DNA of 64,000 nt, taken from positions 12,312 to 76,311 of the forward strand of contig SUUU01000001.1 in assembly GCA_015062335.1 (NCBI GenBank), read 5' to 3'. Below the pieces are notes generated by a model that did no database searches, was not told where the DNA came from, and worked only from the letters and a program-made list of their open reading frames with translations. The position numbers and the translations under genes are program-made. Positions 39,252 through 49,041 of this stretch are shown here, in pieces. The DNA is from Alphaproteobacteria bacterium. GTDB lineage: Bacteria; Pseudomonadota; Alphaproteobacteria; UBA3830. Every line of letters starts with the position of its first letter. Position 1 is the first letter of the stretch.

Positions 39252-40703
39252 ATGTATAAGTTATCGCTCTGTGAAACGAGAGACGGTTTATTGCAGAAAA
39301 AATTTTCATCCGTTGAGCTCACAAAATGCTTTTTAAACAGAATAGAGCAATATAAAGAGCTTAACGCTTATATTACTGTGTGTGAAGATGAGGCTTTACG
39401 CGCCGCAAAAGAGGCGGACAAAAATATAGCTAGTGGAGTTGCGAAAGAGATGGAAGGTATTCCTCTTGGAATTAAAGATTTGTTCGTAACTAAAGGAATA
39501 AGAACAACATCTGGGTCGAAAATGTTGTACAACTTTATTCCTCCTTATGAATCGACAGTGACCCATAAGTTATTAAGCGCTGGTGCAGTTTTCTTAGGCA
39601 AAACAAATATGGATGAATTTGCAATGGGATCGTCAAATTCTACGAGCTATTTTGGCGGTGTTCTTAATCCATGGCAAATTGAAGAAAAATTAGTTCCCGG
39701 AGGATCGTCAGGAGGTTCGGCGTCAGCAGTTGCAGGGCATCTTTGCGTTGCGGCAACAGCATCTGATACCGGAGGATCGATAAGGCAACCTGCAGCCTTT
39801 ACGGGAATCGTAGGATTAAAACCTACCTATGGAAGGTGTTCAAGGTATGGTATGATCGCTATGGCTTCATCATTAGATCAAGCGGGAGTGCTAACCAAAA
39901 CAGTAAAAGATGCCGCAGCTTTCCTGGAAGTAATCGCCGGGTATGATGAAAAAGATTCGACTTCTTCCAATATCGAAGTACCAAATTATGAGTCTTTTGC
40001 TGGCAAATCGATTAAGGGATTGAAAATAGGAATTCCAAAAGAATTTAGAATTGATGGGATGTCGGATGATATTGAGCAATGCTGGCATCGCGGAGCAGAA
40101 ATTTTAAAACAAGCAGGAGCTGAAATCTTAGACGTATCTCTTCCATATTCAAAGTATGCGTTGCCAGTTTACTACATTATTCAGCCTGCGGAAGCTTCAG
40201 CTAATTTGGCTCGTTTTGACGGCGTAAGGTATGGTTTTCGAGCAACCGGTGGCAGCTTGGAGGAAATGTACGAGAACACTAGAGAGCAAGGTTTCGGGGA
40301 TGAAGTTAAAAGACGCATCATGATAGGTACGTATATACTTTCAGCGGGACATTTTGATGCTTACTACATAAAAGCCTTAAAGGTACAAAAATTGATAAAA
40401 CAAGATTTTTCGGAAGCTTTCGAAAAAGTAGATGTATTATTGACTCCTACAGCACCGACAAGTGCATTTAGTCTCGAGAATGAGCCAAAAGATCCCGTGA
40501 CCATGTATTTGAATGATATTTTTACGGTAACTGCTAATATTGCGGGAGTTCCGGGAATCTCTGTTCCTGTCGCGTTGGATCATGACGGTAAACCATTAGG
40601 ATTGCAATTGATTGCGCCAAAATTCAGAGAAGATTTGTTGATACGTGTCGGAAGCGCTCTTGAATCAGGAGCTGATTTTCCGTTTTTGCAGGAGATTAGG
40701 TAA
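39252..40703 (+). CDS. gatA: Glu/Asp-tRNA amidotransferase subunit A
   Basis: 483 aa. Amidase signature [13 protein letters not shown]...[16 protein letters not shown]. Confidence 0.96.
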   Translation: MYKLSLCETRDGLLQKKFSSVELTKCFLNRIEQYKELNAYITVCEDEALRAAKEADKNIASGVAKEMEGIPLGIKDLFVTKGIRTTSGSKMLYNFIPPYESTVTHKLLSAGAVFLGKTNMDEFAMGSSNSTSYFGGVLNPWQIEEKLVPGGSSGGSASAVAGHLCVAATASDTGGSIRQPAAFTGIVGLKPTYGRCSRYGMIAMASSLDQAGVLTKTVKDAAAFLEVIAGYDEKDSTSSNIEVPNYESFAGKSIKGLKIGIPKEFRIDGMSDDIEQCWHRGAEILKQAGAEILDVSLPYSKYALPVYYIIQPAEASANLARFDGVRYGFRATGGSLEEMYENTREQGFGDEVKRRIMIGTYILSAGHFDAYYIKALKVQKLIKQDFSEAFEKVDVLLTPTAPTSAFSLENEPKDPVTMYLNDIFTVTANIAGVPGISVPVALDHDGKPLGLQLIAPKFREDLLIRVGSALESGADFPFLQEIR

Positions 40704-42169
40704 TGTATATTGAAACATCAACAGGAAAATGGGAAGTAGTCATAGGTTTAGAGATTCATGCTCAAATCATCTCTAATTCTAAATTATTTTCAAGCGCCTC
40801 TGCAGCATTCGGAGGCAACCCCAATGAGCATGTTTGCTACGTAGATGCAGCTCTTCCAGGAACTTTGCCGGTGTTGAATTCCTATTGCGTGGATCAAGCA
40901 ATCAAGACTGGACTTGGGTTAAACGCAACAATCAATAAGATATCGTTCTTCGATAGAAAAAATTACTTTTATGCTGATTTGCCTCCGGGATATCAGATAA
41001 CGCAATTTTCTCATCCTATAATTAGTGGAGGATATATTGATTTGGAAAAGGATGATGGATCTGTGCACAGAATCAACTTGCACCATATTCATATTGAGCA
41101 AGATGCAGGCAAAAGTATTCATGATCAAAATCCAACCAAAACTTATATAGATTTAAACCGAGCAGGCGTTGGTTTGATGGAAATTGTTACTGAACCGGAT
41201 ATGCGAAGTGCTGAGGAAGCGGCCACCTTTTTGCAAAAATTACGTTCAATTTTGCGTTATCTCAAAACTTGTGACGGAAATATGGATGAAGGGAGTATGA
41301 GGGCTGACGTAAATGTATCGGTTCATCGTCCTGACACCCCTTATGGAACCAGGGCAGAAGTTAAAAATGTGAATTCTGTAAAATTTTTAGCCACTGCGAT
41401 TAACTACGAAATTGATAGACAAATCAGTATCTTGGAAAGTGGCGGGGAAGTTGAACAGGAGACGAGGTTATTTGACAGCGGAAAAGGTATCACCAGGACT
41501 ATGCGTTCAAAAGAAGATGCCCAAGATTACAGATATTTTCCCGAGCCTGATTTGCCTCCATTAATTTTGGAACAATCTCGTGTTGACGCAATTGCTGAAA
41601 CAATACCTGAGCTGCCTGATATGAAATCGCACAGATTACAAGAAACTTACGATCTTCCGAAGTATGATGCAAATTTAATCTCATCGGAAATTGAAATTGC
41701 AAGCTTTTATGAAAAGGCATTACTCGCAACAAAATCAGAAGACAAAGATGTTGCGAAATTACTTTCCAACTGGATGTTGGGAGATTTGTTTTCATTGCTG
41801 AACAAAAATAATACCTATATTCTCGATAGTAAGATTTCGTCAGAAGCATTAGCTGAGCTGGTCATGTTAATAAAGAATGAAGTAATTTCCGGAAAAATAG
41901 CCAAGGAAGTCATAGAATTAATGTGGTCTGAGCAAAAAACAGCTTCCGCAATTGTAGAGGAAAAAGGCTTAAAACAGATCACCTGTTCTGATTCGATTAA
42001 AGCCTCGTTGAGAGAGGTATTGAGTGAGCATTCTGAGAAAGTAGCTGAATATAAATCAGGAAAAGACAAACTCTTTGGTTTTTTTGTTGGTCAAGCAATG
42101 AAGAAGACTCAAGGAAAAGCGAATCCTAAAATATTGAATGACATACTGAAAGAGATGTTGACGGAGTAG
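40703..42169 (+). CDS. gatB: Glu/Asp-tRNA amidotransferase subunit B
   Basis: 488 aa. WEVVIGLEIHAQI...DRKNYFYADLPPGYQITQ...DLNRAGVGLMEIVTEPD, with a YqeY-like tail. Confidence 0.96.
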   Translation: MYIETSTGKWEVVIGLEIHAQIISNSKLFSSASAAFGGNPNEHVCYVDAALPGTLPVLNSYCVDQAIKTGLGLNATINKISFFDRKNYFYADLPPGYQITQFSHPIISGGYIDLEKDDGSVHRINLHHIHIEQDAGKSIHDQNPTKTYIDLNRAGVGLMEIVTEPDMRSAEEAATFLQKLRSILRYLKTCDGNMDEGSMRADVNVSVHRPDTPYGTRAEVKNVNSVKFLATAINYEIDRQISILESGGEVEQETRLFDSGKGITRTMRSKEDAQDYRYFPEPDLPPLILEQSRVDAIAETIPELPDMKSHRLQETYDLPKYDANLISSEIEIASFYEKALLATKSEDKDVAKLLSNWMLGDLFSLLNKNNTYILDSKISSEALAELVMLIKNEVISGKIAKEVIELMWSEQKTASAIVEEKGLKQITCSDSIKASLREVLSEHSEKVAEYKSGKDKLFGFFVGQAMKKTQGKANPKILNDILKEMLTE

Positions 42170-42173
42170 AACT

Positions 42174-42683
42174 TTGGTAAAAAAGGCACTTGGTTTTCTG
42201 TTTTTTATTTTGGTTGTTGTAGGCGGAGGGTGGTATATCGAGTCTCGTCTTCATTCTTTGATTAAAGAGGAAATAAAAAGGCAGTCTACTGAGTTTTGTC
42301 AAAAAGAGAGTCAACTTGTTGATCGAATTAGTCAGTGGGAACACCAGCTCTCAAAATTGGAATCTATCGTGGAATCAAATACACGATGCTTTGATGGTTT
42401 TGACAAAGAAAAATGGAACGCTTGGTGTAAGCTTCGTAGCGATTTAAGAAAAGGCAAAGATTTTGCAGAAAATTTACTCAAGTTCAAAGAAATTTTTTCA
42501 TCTGAAGGTGATATTGTGAAAGCTGTCGATGATACCATCTTAGCTTCGCAATGTAATTGGTTGAATAACAAAAAGTTTACCAAATATTTACGTAAGTATG
42601 TAAGTATATTCTGCGTAAATGAAGAGGAGTTGCTCAAAATTGATGCAATGATTTTTATAAATTCGGTAAAATGGAGAATGTGA
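42174..42683 (+). CDS. hypothetical N-terminally anchored coiled-coil protein (169 aa), TTG start
   Basis: The only plausible start is the TTG at 42174, 7 nt after the GGAG inside the gatB end. There is no in-frame ATG until near the C-terminus. One TM (ALGFLFFILVVVGGGWYI), then a charged coiled coil, then a C-terminal helical region with EGDIVKAVDD...NWL. Confidence 0.6.
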   Translation: MVKKALGFLFFILVVVGGGWYIESRLHSLIKEEIKRQSTEFCQKESQLVDRISQWEHQLSKLESIVESNTRCFDGFDKEKWNAWCKLRSDLRKGKDFAENLLKFKEIFSSEGDIVKAVDDTILASQCNWLNNKKFTKYLRKYVSIFCVNEEELLKIDAMIFINSVKWRM

Positions 42684-42684
42684 T

Positions 42685-42897
42685 ATGTCAGATGAACATA
42701 AAAGTCGAGGACTATTGACAGATTTGTTGATTTTGACCTGTATTGTTGGACTGATTCTTGCGGCTATATATTTTTCAGGAAATTGGGGTGCATTTATGAC
42801 TTATGTTTCAAATTTCGATATAGAAGCCAGAAAATTGTTGAATACTTTAGTTGATAACGTGTCATACGTGTTTGGAGTATTTCAATCTGTTAAATAG
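42685..42897 (+). CDS. hypothetical 70-aa single-TM protein
   Basis: GGAG 8 nt upstream of the ATG. The ATG lies 1 nt after the preceding TGA. TM LLTDLLILTCIVGLILAAIYF. Confidence 0.55.
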   Translation: MSDEHKSRGLLTDLLILTCIVGLILAAIYFSGNWGAFMTYVSNFDIEARKLLNTLVDNVSYVFGVFQSVK

Positions 42898-42918
42898 TGG
42901 AGGTTGTTTATTTTTAAA

Positions 42919-44112
42919 ATGTTATGCTGGACTGTTGTTGTAGTTGCGGCGTATTTTTTAGACATCAATGTTTCGTTGTCGATTGATGGGCGGGTTTTAT
43001 CTTCGCCCTTGTGGTTGGTTTTTGTATTTTGTTCTTGTGTATGCTTACTAGCTAAATATTCTCTTAAGTGTTGGAATAAGATCGTAGATTTTGTTTCAAA
43101 AAAGCCTGATGTTTATAAAGGATTAGAACAACTTCAAATTGCTTTTTCAGGGATGCTGGTCAAAGATTTATCCGGGGTAAAGAAAGCTTTATATAAGTCA
43201 AAAAGGCATCTAGGAGATATTCCGATGATTTCTTGGCTAGAGGGGCAATTCTCTTTAATGACAGGAAATACGTATGAAGCTACATCTAAGTTTTTTAAAT
43301 TAAGTGCTGAAGAAAAAAACACAGCATTGGGAGCCTATAGTCTGTCTCAATTAGCTATTGAAAATCGTTCACGACGAGAAGCTTTACACGCTATTAAGGT
43401 TATTTTAAAGATCCATCCTGAAGCAAACACTCAAATACAAACAGTGATAGCATTGTGTGTTAAGGAAGGATTATTTGACGATGCCCTATCGTATTTGAGA
43501 AAACTTGATTCATGCGATCGAGAGAAAATTGAAGGTGCGATACATTATGAGCAATGGTGCAGAAATCACGATTATAAAGAAATACAAAAAGCTTTTGATC
43601 GTTTAAAAAATATTCCGCGTGTTGCAATTGCTTGTGCTGATGAAGCAATCAATCATGGTAAAACAAGATACGCAACAAAACTTTTGAAAAAGAGTTTTCA
43701 AAAATTTCCAAATAAAGATGTATTTGATAAGTATCTAGCGTTAAAGAGAGATTCTTTTTCAGCTGCTCGAGATCTTTTAAACTCGGTTTCTGAATCTTGG
43801 GTTGCTTATTATGAATTTGCTAAAATTTTAGAAATTCAGGAAATGAATGCACAAGCGTTAAATTATTTCATAAAAGCGTATCGGTGCAAAAATTACGAAT
43901 TAATTGCAAATAATATCAGGATCCTTTTACAAAAAGTAGACGATCTTTCTATGTTTGATATACCAAATTTGGATACAGCTACACAGGTCAAGTTTTCTTG
44001 GATATGTGCAAAATGCCATCACGAGGCAGGCATGTGGCAATCGCTGTGCCCGATATGCTCATCAATCGCAACATACGAATTTTTAGAACAATCACCAAAT
44101 TTACCAGTTTAG
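42919..44112 (+). CDS. HemY_N-domain protein with TPR-like repeats and C-terminal zinc ribbon (alphaproteobacterial HemY-like)
   Basis: Two N-terminal TMs flank ISLSIDGRVLSSPLW (HemY_N pattern), followed by helical repeats. The C-terminus WICAKCHHEAGMWQSLCPICSS is CxxC...CxxC. Start is the ATG at 42919, or the TTG at 42904 as in the ORF track. Confidence 0.7.
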   Translation: MLCWTVVVVAAYFLDINVSLSIDGRVLSSPLWLVFVFCSCVCLLAKYSLKCWNKIVDFVSKKPDVYKGLEQLQIAFSGMLVKDLSGVKKALYKSKRHLGDIPMISWLEGQFSLMTGNTYEATSKFFKLSAEEKNTALGAYSLSQLAIENRSRREALHAIKVILKIHPEANTQIQTVIALCVKEGLFDDALSYLRKLDSCDREKIEGAIHYEQWCRNHDYKEIQKAFDRLKNIPRVAIACADEAINHGKTRYATKLLKKSFQKFPNKDVFDKYLALKRDSFSAARDLLNSVSESWVAYYEFAKILEIQEMNAQALNYFIKAYRCKNYELIANNIRILLQKVDDLSMFDIPNLDTATQVKFSWICAKCHHEAGMWQSLCPICSSIATYEFLEQSPNLPV

Positions 44113-44170
44113 ACTCAAACCGAACAACCACCTTCATGATTGCATATATCATTAGATTTTAATATAAGCC

Positions 44171-44626
44171 TTATTTATTTTTACTATTTCGAAAAACTAA
44201 TTTCTTTATTCCATTAGTATTCACCAATCTACCTAACCTTGAGTTCGTCTCATCTAGTAGGTCTTTAAGTGAAATAAAATACTCTTTAGCGCAACCGTCT
44301 ATAAAAAACGTTACGATATATTCTCCTGTATTTTGCGAGTCTATGTTTAGACTTTTTAGGTCTACAGAAAGAGTTTCCCCTGGATTTACAATACACCCAT
44401 CTCCGAAAATGACAAACCAAGGAGTCACATCCACGTACTTCCCGTCTTCATCTTTTTTTCCAACAGTAACATTAACAGAAGACGCTGGCCCATTGTTTGT
44501 AATATCAAATACCATTTCCTGCGAACTCGCACAGCGCTCAACAACCTTAAAATCCGCACTTACAGCAAAAGTCAAACCAAACAAAGCCCCTGCAACCACG
44601 AAACTTTTAATCATATTCTTCTCCAT
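44171..44626 (-). CDS. hypothetical small secreted beta-rich protein (151 aa)
   Basis: Signal MIKSFVVAGALFGLTFAVSA. The mature part has alternating hydrophobic patterns and 3 Cys. I recognise no family. Confidence 0.6.
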   Translation of the reverse strand: MEKNMIKSFVVAGALFGLTFAVSADFKVVERCASSQEMVFDITNNGPASSVNVTVGKKDEDGKYVDVTPWFVIFGDGCIVNPGETLSVDLKSLNIDSQNTGEYIVTFFIDGCAKEYFISLKDLLDETNSRLGRLVNTNGIKKLVFRNSKNK

Positions 44627-44836
44627 GCTTCACAGCAAAATATATAGTGAATATTATACAAAAAGGCAATTAAAGTCAATAAAAAATTAATTGTCTGTAC
44701 AAATCCACCTAAAATGAGACAGAATAGGCCCTAATCAAGAAGACATGAATCCTGGAGCTATTATATAAAGTTGTTGCGAAAGCTATTAGAGATCATATGA
44801 GTATTGAATAAATGACGCAAAAAAACAATACCTCTT

Positions 44837-47800
44837 TTATCGTTTGCTTAAAAGCAAATATCCGACAGGAATGATAAGTAATGTAAGTAATACTCCACTG
44901 ATTCCTCCGAAAACTTCAACAATCCCGAGATTTTGGCGACTGACACAGCTAGCGCCTGTTGCAAAAAGCAATGGTATTGCCCCTGCTATGGTAGAGATCC
45001 CTGTCATCATTATCGGTCGCAGCCGAAGGCGCGCAGCTTCTAATAGTGCCTGTTTGATTGTCATTCCTGATTCCCTCAACTGATTCGCAAATTCTACTAT
45101 CAAAATACCATGCTTTGACGTTAACCCTATCAACATGATTAATCCAATTTGCGAATATATATTCATCGTGTATTCGAACAAATAGAGAGCTAAAATTGCT
45201 CCAAAAATGCCTAGGGGAACACTAAGCATTACGACAATAGGATATTTAAAACTTTCAAATTGAGATGCCAGTGCTAAGTAAGATATTAAAACAGCTAAAG
45301 AGAAAATGAAAAACATACTGCCGTCAGACTCTTTAAAATCTTTGGACTGCCCTTTATACGCAATTTGTGCATATTCGGGCAATTTTGCTTTTATTGTTGT
45401 TTCTAAAAATTTCATTACATCGCTCATCGTATATCCTGCATTGATATTACCTGAAAAAGTAATGCATCTTGTGCGATCATAACGTCCTAACGACCTAGGG
45501 GTGCCGGATTCCTTAATGTCTATAAAATTACTAAGTGGAATCAGTGCATTATTTTTATCTGAACGAACGTATATGTTAAAAATATCTTGCATATCTGAGC
45601 GACTCTCTAAATCAGCCTGAATAATAACGTCATACTCTCTGCCTCCATCGATATAGGTAGTAACCGTTTTCGATCCAAGCATTGTCTCCAAAGTAGAACC
45701 CACTGTTTTTGCTGAAACACCGAGATCTCCTGCTCTGTCTTTATCGATATTTACAAAAAATTTTGGAGTTGTTTCCTTATAATCGCAATCTATATCAGAA
45801 ATACCCGGATATTTTTTGATTTCATCAATTATTAGATTTTTCCACTCTGCCAGTTCATTGTAATCAGGCCCTCCAATAGTAAATTGCAAAGCATGAGAAC
45901 CACTTGATCCTATTCCCATAGGAAGAATCGGTGAAGCCTTTATTCCCGAAATTACAGATACAGCTTTTTTTAATTCTGATGCAAGTTGAAATGTAGATGT
46001 TTGTCGATCCTCGGATCCGACAAAATCCATCATAATATTTCCTGAGTTGACGGTACCTTCAGCATTTCCGAAACCCGGAACAATTGCAATGATGTTTTTT
46101 ACAATTTTTTCATCTAACACCGATCTGACCTTTTTCAACACTTGATTAGTGTAATCAGACATCGCGTAATACCCTATTCCCTCCTGAGCATTCAGCTTTA
46201 AAAACATCGCATTCCTATCCTCACGAGGCTCATATTCTCTCGGCAACACAACAAATAGCAAACCGATTGATGCTGTTAGGCTTAAAAATATTATGATAAT
46301 GATTTTCTTGTAATTCAGAATATATTCTAACATGTTTCGATATTGTTTTCCGGAAATTTTCACAACTTTTTCGACCATCAGATTAAACTTGCTTTTTTGA
46401 GTAGTTGATTTTAAAAATCGAGAACACAGCATAGGCGTTAAAGTCAGAGCAACAACAGACGATAGACATACAGCTGTTGACATTGCAATAGAAAACTCAG
46501 TAAACATCTTCCCTGTTTTCCCAGGAAGCATTGAAATCGGCAAAAAAACTGATAATAAAACTACTGTCGTAGATATTACTGCAAAAAACACCTGATTCGA
46601 CCCACTAAATGCAGCATCCATCGGAGATTTGCCTTCTTCGATGTGTCGTTGAATATTTTCCAAAACCAAAATAGCATCATCGACTACGATTCCTATTGCT
46701 AAAACCATCGCCAATAATGTAAGCATATTGATACTGTAATCTAACATGTTCAACACAGTAAATGAGCCGACGATAGAAACCGGCACGGTAATTGCAGTAA
46801 TTATCGCAGCTCTGATTGTTCCGATAAAAATGAAAATAATAAAAAACACCAAAATTGCCGCAATAATTAGTGACTCAAAAACCTCAGAAACAGATTCATT
46901 AATAAATTCAGATTCATCTCTCAAAATGTGCAACTCCATCCCATTGGGAAGGCTCTTTTGCAGGGATTGAATCAACTCTCTGACATCTTTTGCAATTTGA
47001 ATGACATCCGCTGTTTGTGATTTAGAAATTTGAATAGCGACGGAAGGTTGCCCATTTGCTTCAAAAAAATTTCTGTTGGATTTTGCTCCTATTGTAACTG
47101 TCGCTACATCAGAAATTCGAATGGGGTCTCCGTTTTTATCTTTCATTATTATAATTTTTTGAAAATCCTCAGGTTTATTATATTGACGATTTATTGTTAC
47201 GGGAAACTCCATATGCTCTGATTCAATACGACCTGCTGGGTATTCTACATTTTCTGTTCTTAATGCGTTTTCTACATCGGAAACAGTAACGTTACGAGAG
47301 GCCATCTGCTTACGATTAAGCCAAATTCTCATGGATTTTTCTTGAGTCCCTGCAATACTTACGGATGCGACTCCGGGGATTACAGAAAATTTGTCAAGCA
47401 AATACCGATTCAAATAATCTGTTATTTCCATTCCTGATATAGGAGCAGAAACAGATATCATCATGCAGGGGAATCCCCCTGTATCAAATTTTCGTATTAC
47501 CGGAAGATCAGCATTGTCGGGTAATTTGTTATAAACTCTGCTGACACGATCTCTAACGTCATTTGCGGCGTTGTCTAAATTTTGATTTATTGAGAATTCA
47601 AGTTTTACATTTGACTTGCCATCTTTACTAGTTGATTGAATATTATCTAATCCTTCAATACCTGCAACTGCATTTTCTATTTGCTGAGTAATTTTTGTTT
47701 CAACGATTCCCGCTGATGCTCCTGTGTATGTTGTGGAAATTGAAATCGTAGGAATTTCGATATTCGGATACTCCCGGACGCCTATTCTTTTCAAATTAAG

Positions 47801-47878
47801 ATATCCGAACAGTACAATAAAAATCATCAAAACAATAGTACTAATCGGTCTTCTTATGGAAACATTACATACACTCAT
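44837..47878 (-). CDS. RND efflux transporter permease (AcrB/HAE1 family)
   Basis: 1013 aa. SIRRPISTIVLMIFIVLFGYL...EYPNIEIPTISISTTYTGAS N-terminus. 12-TM, two-large-loop architecture. Confidence 0.95.
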   Translation of the reverse strand: MSVCNVSIRRPISTIVLMIFIVLFGYLNLKRIGVREYPNIEIPTISISTTYTGASAGIVETKITQQIENAVAGIEGLDNIQSTSKDGKSNVKLEFSINQNLDNAANDVRDRVSRVYNKLPDNADLPVIRKFDTGGFPCMMISVSAPISGMEITDYLNRYLLDKFSVIPGVASVSIAGTQEKSMRIWLNRKQMASRNVTVSDVENALRTENVEYPAGRIESEHMEFPVTINRQYNKPEDFQKIIIMKDKNGDPIRISDVATVTIGAKSNRNFFEANGQPSVAIQISKSQTADVIQIAKDVRELIQSLQKSLPNGMELHILRDESEFINESVSEVFESLIIAAILVFFIIFIFIGTIRAAIITAITVPVSIVGSFTVLNMLDYSINMLTLLAMVLAIGIVVDDAILVLENIQRHIEEGKSPMDAAFSGSNQVFFAVISTTVVLLSVFLPISMLPGKTGKMFTEFSIAMSTAVCLSSVVALTLTPMLCSRFLKSTTQKSKFNLMVEKVVKISGKQYRNMLEYILNYKKIIIIIFLSLTASIGLLFVVLPREYEPREDRNAMFLKLNAQEGIGYYAMSDYTNQVLKKVRSVLDEKIVKNIIAIVPGFGNAEGTVNSGNIMMDFVGSEDRQTSTFQLASELKKAVSVISGIKASPILPMGIGSSGSHALQFTIGGPDYNELAEWKNLIIDEIKKYPGISDIDCDYKETTPKFFVNIDKDRAGDLGVSAKTVGSTLETMLGSKTVTTYIDGGREYDVIIQADLESRSDMQDIFNIYVRSDKNNALIPLSNFIDIKESGTPRSLGRYDRTRCITFSGNINAGYTMSDVMKFLETTIKAKLPEYAQIAYKGQSKDFKESDGSMFFIFSLAVLISYLALASQFESFKYPIVVMLSVPLGIFGAILALYLFEYTMNIYSQIGLIMLIGLTSKHGILIVEFANQLRESGMTIKQALLEAARLRLRPIMMTGISTIAGAIPLLFATGASCVSRQNLGIVEVFGGISGVLLTLLIIPVGYLLLSKR

Positions 47879-47881
47879 ACA

Positions 47882-48931
47882 TCACCTGACTTCAACTTTA
47901 TCTCCATCCGAAATTTTTGTAACTCCCTCCGTAACAACGCAATCTCCTTCAGCTAAACCCGAAAGAATTTCCACAGTCCCTCTTTGCCGTTGCCCAATTT
48001 CAACAGGCATTTGTTTTACTTTATTATTCTCAATTAAAGCAAATACGAAATGCTTTTCTCCCACATTAAAAACTGCTTTTTCTGAAATCATAATGGCATC
48101 CCGATTCAAAATTTCCATTGAAATATTTAACGTCATACCTGGCCTCAAAAAATATCCATCATTTTCAATTAATCCTCGTACAGAGATACTGCGAGCTCCT
48201 TCAGAAATTCGTGGATCCATGGCAATTACTTTCCCATCAAAAATTTTATTCGGAACAACTATACAAGTTACCTTTATCTTGTTGCCATTTTGAATCATTG
48301 AAAAATACTTTTCCGGAACTGCAAAGTCTACCTTAATTTGTTTAATATCATCGATAGTTGTAATAACAGAGTTTGAGGTCAAAAGGGCTCCTTCACTGAT
48401 TTGTCTGAATCCTAATATCCCGTCAAATGGTGCAGTTATGCTACCTTCTTTGATTTCTTCAATGACTTCGTCAAGCTTTGCTTGTGCGTCTTGAAGTTTT
48501 GTATGCTGAGCATCGTAATCTTTTGAGGCTACAACATTTTTTGCTTTTAAAGCTGAAAGACGAGAAAATTCTCTTTGTTGTTCTCGTAAATTTATTTCAG
48601 CTTGTTTTTGTTGAGTTTTTAATTTTTCTACATTTAATTGAACCAATAGAGTTCCTTTTTTTACAAAGTCACAATCGGAAAAATTTACTTTAGCGACCTT
48701 TTGGGTAATGTTGGAAGTAATGTTAACAGCCTCATTTGAAACAGCCGTACCTACAAAGTCTAGTACCATGTTTGTTTTGGATAAAACAACTTTTTCTACA
48801 TTTACGATGGTGGTTTGCTTGTTAATCAATTGTTTTTTTACGTCATCACTAAAGAAACGACGGCAACAAAAGAGAGCAAGTGAAATTATTAAAACACTCC
48901 ACAATATGTAATTTTTGTTTAGATTGCCCAT
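47882..48931 (-). CDS. RND efflux periplasmic adaptor (membrane fusion protein)
   Basis: About 349 aa from the ATG at 48931. N-terminal anchor, coiled-coil hairpin (QQKQAEINLREQQREFSRLSALKAKN), lipoyl/beta-barrel motifs (ITAPFDGILG). Immediately upstream of the RND permease. Confidence 0.9.
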   Translation of the reverse strand: MGNLNKNYILWSVLIISLALFCCRRFFSDDVKKQLINKQTTIVNVEKVVLSKTNMVLDFVGTAVSNEAVNITSNITQKVAKVNFSDCDFVKKGTLLVQLNVEKLKTQQKQAEINLREQQREFSRLSALKAKNVVASKDYDAQHTKLQDAQAKLDEVIEEIKEGSITAPFDGILGFRQISEGALLTSNSVITTIDDIKQIKVDFAVPEKYFSMIQNGNKIKVTCIVVPNKIFDGKVIAMDPRISEGARSISVRGLIENDGYFLRPGMTLNISMEILNRDAIMISEKAVFNVGEKHFVFALIENNKVKQMPVEIGQRQRGTVEILSGLAEGDCVVTEGVTKISDGDKVEVR

Positions 48932-49041
48932 TATTGTGCGCCACCCCACTACGTCTCAATACGATCAGTTTACATTGAATATACCAAACAAAAATTACTG
49001 AAATATTAAGCTCATCTACAATTTGCGTAAACGCTTTGTAA

